Below, in pieces: positions 13,958 to 14,487 of a stretch of 14,487 nt of DNA (position 1 is its first letter; each line of letters opens with the position of its first letter). A program made the translations under genes and the position numbers. A model generated the notes under the pieces. It was not told where the DNA came from. It searched no databases and was given only the letters and a program-made list of their open reading frames with translations. Source of the stretch: an uncultured Oscillospiraceae bacterium (GTDB lineage Bacteria > Bacillota > Clostridia > Oscillospirales > Oscillospiraceae); NCBI GenBank assembly GCA_964398305.1, contig CAYNMN010000049.1, forward strand, positions 1 through 14,487. The letters are read 5' to 3'.

Positions 13958-14347
13958 ATGGATCGGGATTCGTGTGCCATAGCAAAACAACGCTACATAG
14001 ACTTTTCGACTGAAGAGAATCGGAGGCTGTTTTTCGAAACGATCCGTTTGTGCGCGGAAGACAGGACCTGGATCCACTCCCGTGGGAGAGATGATTCCGG
14101 CCGGACTGCGTTGTGTGTTGTGATTACTGATGAAGGCGTGTTCGGAGCGCTTTTTACCTCTATCGAGAATGCGGTAAGGATACCAAGGCAGGTTCAGGAG
14201 CAGTATCCGGCTGTCATATGCTCGCCCATAAACCATGTGATAGACGCGGTAATGGAATATGGTCTTAAGGGGATTGTCTTTGACCCATACAGCGCGCAGC
14301 CTATCTTCATTGAAAGAAATAATTTGAAAGCAATACTCCAATACTAA
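13958..14347 (+). CDS. Hypothetical protein (129 aa), lower GC than its neighbours; a faint resemblance to small SseB/YbjN-like or immunity-type proteins is not demonstrable here
   Basis: AAAGGAGG 5 nt upstream of the ATG and only 18 nt after the ARH-2 stop, so it is likely co-transcribed. The sequence MDRDSCAIAKQRYIDFSTEENRRLFFETIRLCAEDRTW...GIVFDPYSAQPIFIE has mixed composition. GC is about 48% against about 66% for the ARH genes. Confidence 0.55.
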   Translation: MDRDSCAIAKQRYIDFSTEENRRLFFETIRLCAEDRTWIHSRGRDDSGRTALCVVITDEGVFGALFTSIENAVRIPRQVQEQYPAVICSPINHVIDAVMEYGLKGIVFDPYSAQPIFIERNNLKAILQY

Positions 14348-14487
14348 ACGTATTCCGGGTCAGCGAGGATTGTTTAGGGAAAACAAATCAGAGAGGAAGA
14401 GTGATAATTGGATAACGTTACAACATTGACCACAGCACTGATCGACAAGCTCAACGAGGATGTAAGAAACGGGCTTTACGAGCACGG

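Noticed and set aside
14408-14487. Possible start of a further plus-strand gene (TTG at 14408: LDNVTTLTTALIDKLNEDVRNGLYEH...) after a purine-rich stretch
   Set aside because: Only 26 codons are visible, the start codon is non-ATG, and the SD is weak. There is insufficient sequence to support a call.
1-14487. CRISPR arrays, tRNA/rRNA genes, transposase/integrase genes
   Set aside because: No short regularly spaced direct repeats, no cloverleaf-compatible segments and no recombinase-like ORFs were seen. Mobility of the right-hand locus is suggested only by composition, repeats and gene debris.

Overview
This is a high-GC (~65-70%) bacterial chromosomal segment; the spoVAC homologue suggests a spore-forming Firmicute (inference). 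Positions 1-6084 hold a compact, overlapping histidine-biosynthesis operon on the minus strand (hisZ/hisG in one continuous frame, then hisD, hisC, hisB, hisH, hisA and the 5' end of hisF). Next come an orphan spoVAC-like gene, an acidic hypothetical gene, and a lower-GC, decayed stretch (7.1-8.2 kb) carrying a truncated HTH gene and a PD-(D/E)xK nuclease-domain fragment. The right half (8.2-14.3 kb) is an accessory-looking locus on the plus strand. It encodes a MacroD-type macro domain fused to an XRE-family HTH, a small vWA protein, a 62-aa ORF, a TM-less SPFH/band-7 protein, two tandem ADP-ribosylglycohydrolase (ARH/DraG-family) paralogues and a low-GC 129-aa ORF. This locus carries three copies of a 7-3-7 dyad (GTCAATC-gcg-GATTGAC) in promoter-like contexts. 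It also carries two ~90% identical copies of a ~175-200 bp element with a long imperfect hairpin, each placed directly after a stop codon. The two ARH genes share a 381-bp internal tract that is 100% identical, while their flanks have diverged. The most interesting hypothesis is an ADP-ribose-centred regulon or defence/counter-defence module governed by the Macro-XRE protein through the repeated dyad operator. All functional assignments come from reading motifs in the translations; no database searches were run.
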